DNA from: Actinomycetes bacterium
Lineage (GTDB): Bacteria > Actinomycetota > CALGFH01
Assembly (NCBI GenBank): GCA_036000965.1
Contig: DASYUT010000265.1
Span: forward strand, 24,555-88,554
Direction of reading: 5' to 3'
DNA: 64,000 nucleotides
Of the stretch, positions 60,248 to 64,000 are shown piece after piece. The number at the start of each line of letters is the position of its first letter. Within the stretch, counting starts at the first letter, position 1. A program made the position numbers and the translations under genes. The notes under the pieces are model-generated. The model did not search any database. It worked only from the letters and a program-made list of their open reading frames with translations, and was not told the DNA's origin.

Positions 60248-61198
60248 TCAGACCGGCAGGTCGAGCAGGCCGGCGGCGTTCGCTCCCAGGATCCGCTCCT
60301 TCTCGCCTGTCGAGAGCAGCGGCAGTTCCATGACCAGCCCGACCGTCCGATCCAAGTCGTACCAAGGGAAGTCGGTGCCGAACATGACCCGCTCGGTGCC
60401 GATCTCCTTGATCATGTGGGCCAGGTCCTCGTCCGTCGGAGCCTTCGGCGCTCCGGTCCACTCGACGATCTCGCAGAGGTCGAATGCCACCTTCGGGAAT
60501 GCCCGGGCCAGGCCGAGCGTCTGGCGCCAGCTCCCCCCGCCGAGATGGGCCAGGACCACGGTGAGGCGGGGGTGATGTTCGAGCACGCTGGCGAACGCCT
60601 GGGGCTCGGCGAACGGTTCCCCGCCCTTGGCGGACCCGGTGTGGGACAGCACCACCAGGCCCAGCTCCTCGCAGACGTCGTAGACAGGGCGCATGCGCGG
60701 GTCGTTCGGCTCGAACCGCTGCGCCACCGGGTGCAGCTTGATGCCGTGGGCCCCCCGGTTCGCCATGTCTCGCAGATGCTCGACGTTCTCGTCGGGTGAC
60801 AAGGCCCAGGGGTCCACCCCGACGTACGGGGTGAGCTGGGGAACCGGGGCAAGGGCGTCGACCAGCCACCGGTTGGCGGCGCGGAACCGCTCGGCCATGG
60901 TCGTTTCGATCTCGGCCACGGCCGCGGCCCGGTCCTCGCCTTGGAGGTCCTCCGGCAGCATCGCCACCGCCTCTTCCCGGAAGAGGTCCACACTCAACAG
61001 GTTCACGGCGATGCCGTGGCTGAACCCGGCCTCATCCATGGCCACGAGCGCGTCGCCGACCGTCCCGCTGGAACGGCTGAACGTGACCCCCTGCTTCTCT
61101 CCGTACTCCCAGATCTCGTAGCCGGCCTTCCACCAGTCTCCCGACTCCGCGGACGGATACAGGTGCATGTGGACGTCGACTCTGAGGGGGTCCGCCAT
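60248..61198 (-). CDS. Amidohydrolase family 2 protein
   Basis: N-terminal VDVHMHLYP, a HTGS motif and a C-terminal FGTDFP. Confidence 0.75.
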   Translation of the reverse strand: MADPLRVDVHMHLYPSAESGDWWKAGYEIWEYGEKQGVTFSRSSGTVGDALVAMDEAGFSHGIAVNLLSVDLFREEAVAMLPEDLQGEDRAAAVAEIETTMAERFRAANRWLVDALAPVPQLTPYVGVDPWALSPDENVEHLRDMANRGAHGIKLHPVAQRFEPNDPRMRPVYDVCEELGLVVLSHTGSAKGGEPFAEPQAFASVLEHHPRLTVVLAHLGGGSWRQTLGLARAFPKVAFDLCEIVEWTGAPKAPTDEDLAHMIKEIGTERVMFGTDFPWYDLDRTVGLVMELPLLSTGEKERILGANAAGLLDLPV

Positions 61199-61207
61199 CT
61201 CGCCTCC

Positions 61208-62224
61208 TCACGCGCCGCCGACGGCCCTGGCCGCGGCACGCCGTTCGGCCCGGGCGTCCCGCCACCGGGGCTGGTCGCAGATCCGGCCGAGGGACTCCAC
61301 AACGACGTGGGCGGCCAGGTACGAGGTCAGTCCCGTGCGGACGTCGAGCAAGGGGTTGACCTCGACGAGGTCGAGGCCGATCACCTCGGTCCGCTCGGCC
61401 ACGGCGAACATGGCGTCCCGCAGCTCGGCGTAGCTCATGCCATTCGGCTCCGCCGAGACGCAGCCCGGGATGAGGGACATGTCGAGGACGTCGATGTCGA
61501 CGCTGACATAGCACCGAGCCCCCTGGGGGATCCCGTCCAGCACCGAGTCGACGGGGCGATCCCGGAACTCCTCCATGGTCACGACCCGGTTGCCGTCGTG
61601 GAGCGAGTCCTCGTGCATCGTCTCCGTGTTGCGGATGCTCCGGATCCCTACCTGGTTGATGGACCGCACGTTCGGCATCAGGCGGATGTGCCGGAACGCG
61701 TGCTGGTTGGTGAACTCCAGCCCGTGGATGAACGGCATGTAGTCGATGTGCGCGTCGAAGTGGACGACGTGGAAGGGCTCCTTTCCCTCGAACGCCCGGA
61801 CCACCGGGAACGTGATCGCGTGGTCACCGCCCAGGGCCACAGGCATGGCCCCGCGCTCGATCACCTTGCGGGTGAGCCCGGTGATGTTGGCGAAGGTGTC
61901 CACCACGTTGGTGGGGAGCACGTCAGCGTCGCCCACGTCCACGATCCGCTGCTCCGCCATCTCCCGCTCGAGGAACCGCCGGCGGGCCTGGGGGTCGTAG
62001 TAGCCGCGGCCGTCGGTGACGAACCGGAGCGAGTGCTCCCGGATCGAGCGGGCACCGAACCGGGACCCCGGCATGAAGGGCGAGCCTTCGTCGGTCGGTA
62101 CGCCAAGGACCGCGATGTCGGCGTCGAGGCTGTCCAGGTCGGTGCAGACGGCCGACCCGAGGAACGAGGGGATCCCGGCGAACGGGAAGCTCGCCCGGCC
62201 GCCGTCGCCGTCAGCCAGTTCCAT
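61208..62224 (-). CDS. Agmatinase/arginase-family ureohydrolase
   Basis: GGDHAIT, DAHIDY and DIDVLD manganese-ligand motifs. Confidence 0.8.
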   Translation of the reverse strand: MELADGDGGRASFPFAGIPSFLGSAVCTDLDSLDADIAVLGVPTDEGSPFMPGSRFGARSIREHSLRFVTDGRGYYDPQARRRFLEREMAEQRIVDVGDADVLPTNVVDTFANITGLTRKVIERGAMPVALGGDHAITFPVVRAFEGKEPFHVVHFDAHIDYMPFIHGLEFTNQHAFRHIRLMPNVRSINQVGIRSIRNTETMHEDSLHDGNRVVTMEEFRDRPVDSVLDGIPQGARCYVSVDIDVLDMSLIPGCVSAEPNGMSYAELRDAMFAVAERTEVIGLDLVEVNPLLDVRTGLTSYLAAHVVVESLGRICDQPRWRDARAERRAAARAVGGA

Positions 62225-62298
62225 CCTGTGACCTCCTTGCCGAACGTGGACGCGCTGTGGACTATGCTGCCGTGACGCCGCCGCTGGCCGGGGAGCCC

Positions 62299-62919
62299 AT
62301 GAGGAACGAGTTCGTCCTGGTACCGGCCGGCGAGGCCCGGGTGGTCCACGTGGCCTCCGGCGGGCGGTTCCGCGTGGTCGACGTCGAGGGCGGACAGGTC
62401 GTGGACCTGTTCGCGTTCGCCGCCGACGACGTCGGGGAGTACGCCAGCGCCGAGCACACCAGGGTCTCGGTGAACCGGCTGTTCCCGCGGGTGGGCGAGG
62501 CGTTCGTCACGAACCGGCGCCGCCCGGTCCTCTGGTTCGAGGAGGACGACTCCCCCGGGGTGCACGACATGCTGTGCGCGGCCTGCGATCCTGTCCGGTA
62601 CCGGCTCCTCGGCGTGGACGGGTGGCATCCGTCCTGCCAGGAGAACCTCCAGCGGGTGATGGCCGGGCTCGGCCACGACCGGATCGAGGTGCCCCAGCCG
62701 ATCAACTTGTTCATGGCCGTGCGGGTCGAGCCGGACGGCTCCTTCACCTGGAGCTCGGCGCCCACCAAGGCCGGGGACGGTGTCGTCCTGCGCGCCGCGC
62801 TCGACTGCGTCGTCGTGGCGTCCGCGTGCCCGCAGGACCGCAACGAGATCAACCACTACCGGCCAACGCCCATCGGCATCGAGCTCCTCCAGCGGCTCCC
62901 GACTCCGGGAAGCTCGTAG
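62299..62919 (+). CDS. DUF1989 family protein (urea-carboxylase-associated family)
   Basis: Motifs VPAGEARVV...VVDVEGGQVVDL, TNRRRPVLWFEEDDSPGVHDML and LRAALDCVVVASACPQD match this family. Alternative GTG start at 62257. Confidence 0.6.
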   Translation: MRNEFVLVPAGEARVVHVASGGRFRVVDVEGGQVVDLFAFAADDVGEYASAEHTRVSVNRLFPRVGEAFVTNRRRPVLWFEEDDSPGVHDMLCAACDPVRYRLLGVDGWHPSCQENLQRVMAGLGHDRIEVPQPINLFMAVRVEPDGSFTWSSAPTKAGDGVVLRAALDCVVVASACPQDRNEINHYRPTPIGIELLQRLPTPGSS

Positions 62920-62984
62920 TCTCGAGCCTGCCCGGGGCGGTGAGCACCGCCGCGCGGATCATGCCCCGGTGAGCCGGTCGCCGC

Positions 62985-64000
62985 CTACGAGCCGGCCACC
63001 GTCGGGGGCGCCGCCATCTCCTGTACAGGGGCCACCACCCGGCCCCGCATCCCGACCAGGTAGACGGCGCCGCCGACCGCCATGCCGACCAGCCAGGACA
63101 GGTCGGCGCCGGAGAGGACGTTCTTCGAGATGAAGCCTTGGAGCGGCGTCACCAGGCCGAACTCGAACAGCCAGCCGGCGAGCAGCCCGAGGATGAAGGC
63201 CCCGATCCCGACCCAGTTCACGTCCCCGTAGGCGCTCCGGCCGGGCTCCGCGTAGAGCTGGTCCACGTCGATTCGCTGCTTCCTGAGCAGGTAGAAGTCG
63301 GCCAGGACCACCCCTGCCCACGGCGACATCCACAGGACCAGCCCGACCATCCAGTTGTCGAAGCTCTGGGCGAACGAGGGTGCGCGCAGGAAGTAGAGGG
63401 TCACCGCGTAGCCGACGACCCCGGCCAGGAGCCCCAGCGCGAACCGCGAGGCGCGGATGCCGGCACTGACCGCGGCCAGGGCCGAGGAGTAGACGTTGAG
63501 GATGTTCGTGGCCACCGGCCCGTGCAGCACCATCAGCATGACCAGCACGGCCACGACGCCCCCGAACACCGACGTCACGAGCTTCGACGGGTCGGTGGAC
63601 TGGCTGACGCTGGCGATGGTGGCGCCCAGGACCGCCAGCCACACCGTGGGGATGAACATCCCGATGTAGCTGTACCAGAACACCGATCTCGAGGGGATCC
63701 GCCTGGGCACGAAGCGCGAGTAGTCGGACGCCCAGGTCACCCAGGAGATCCCCCAGCCAACGCCGATGGCCGTGATGAGTCCCGTGATGGCCGAGAAGTG
63801 CGCCCCCCCGGTCAGCTTGGTCGTCAGGCTCCAGTTGACGACCCCCGGCCGGGACCAGGCCAGGACGCTCATGAGCAGCATGATCGCCGCTGTCACCGGG
63901 ACGGTGTACTTCTCGAAGGTCCGGATCAGGTAGAAGCCGTACACCCCGATCCCGACCTGGATGACCATGATGACGGTCACGACGATGAACTTGACCGCAA
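62985..64000 (-). CDS. NCS1 family (purine-cytosine/allantoin/uracil) permease, partial (5' end beyond the window)
   Basis: Multi-TM C-terminal portion typical of NCS1 transporters. The ORF is open to the window end. Confidence 0.6.
   Translation of the reverse strand, partial: AVKFIVVTVIMVIQVGIGVYGFYLIRTFEKYTVPVTAAIMLLMSVLAWSRPGVVNWSLTTKLTGGAHFSAITGLITAIGVGWGISWVTWASDYSRFVPRRIPSRSVFWYSYIGMFIPTVWLAVLGATIASVSQSTDPSKLVTSVFGGVVAVLVMLMVLHGPVATNILNVYSSALAAVSAGIRASRFALGLLAGVVGYAVTLYFLRAPSFAQSFDNWMVGLVLWMSPWAGVVLADFYLLRKQRIDVDQLYAEPGRSAYGDVNWVGIGAFILGLLAGWLFEFGLVTPLQGFISKNVLSGADLSWLVGMAVGGAVYLVGMRGRVVAPVQEMAAPPTVAGS

Noticed and set aside
1-64000. Mobile elements, tRNA or rRNA genes
   Set aside because: I recognised no transposase, integrase or recombinase-like ORF and no tRNA-like cloverleaf candidate by eye. 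The absence of tRNAs cannot be proven without a tRNAscan-type search.

Overview
This 64 kb window is very high-GC (roughly 70% or more) and looks like an actinobacterial chromosome segment. It is densely coding on both strands, with about 55 supportable genes. Many of the long ORFs in the six-frame track are antisense or composite artefacts of that GC content and were discarded. I saw no rRNA, tRNA, CRISPR array or transposase by eye.

Gene content, start to end:
- 1-7.3 kb: an MFS transporter (partial), a YbhN/UPF0104 membrane protein, an atypical Ser/Thr kinase, an MsbA-type ABC exporter and a cNMP-binding protein.
- 7.4-11.1 kb: a zinc-ribbon adenylate cyclase with AAA and TPR regions, and a convergent GT4 glycosyltransferase.
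- 11.2-27.6 kb, the main accessory island, which contains:
  - an FdrA homologue preceded by a translationally coupled 46-aa carbamate-kinase-like remnant;
  - a cassette of hypothetical protein, amidohydrolase-2, non-canonical radical-SAM-like protein and GNAT;
  - a divergent PurM/AIR-synthase-like protein;
  - a tightly coupled 7-gene plus-strand operon: ComA-like phosphosulfolactate synthase, hypothetical, adenylosuccinate-lyase-like, ACC-deaminase-family PLP enzyme, argininosuccinate-lyase-like, YlbE (DUF1116) and YlbF (DUF2877);
  - a convergent operon of CoADR/Nox-family flavoprotein, a small ORF and a DsrE-like protein;
  - an XRE/cupin regulator gene (27.7-28.4 kb) with 18-bp tandem operator-like repeats in the shared promoter.
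- 28.7-38.2 kb: a GT39 membrane glycosyltransferase, a probable pseudokinase fused to a Kelch propeller, a beta-phosphoglucomutase/GH65 phosphorylase fusion, an MDR dehydrogenase and a sugar-phosphate isomerase/epimerase.
- 38.4-42.6 kb: a PotABCD-type polyamine ABC transporter.
- 42.7-48.1 kb: an arginase-family/HAL-family fusion ORF, a cysteine-dioxygenase-like cupin, an amidohydrolase-2 and a LacI regulator.
- 48.3-58.2 kb: an operon with two Zn-alcohol dehydrogenases, an enolase-superfamily enzyme, a formaldehyde-activating-enzyme (Fae)-like protein and a Dpp-type ABC transporter.
- 58.6-64.0 kb: an LLM-class flavin oxidoreductase, a cytidine-deaminase-fold protein, an amidohydrolase-2, an agmatinase-family enzyme, a DUF1989 protein and a partial NCS1 permease.

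Two further features stand out. Overlapping GTGA stop/start junctions couple many adjacent genes. There are numerous short tandem-repeat arrays, both non-coding (17, 23, 16, 44, 36, 18 bp units) and in-frame coding (15, 21, 42 bp units).

The most interesting hypothesis is a previously undescribed biosynthetic locus. It combines bacterial-type coenzyme-M-like sulfonate chemistry (ComA, two aspartase/fumarase-superfamily lyases and a PLP enzyme) with FdrA/YlbE/YlbF carbamoyltransferase-like components and a Nit1C-like radical-SAM/GNAT/AIRS module.
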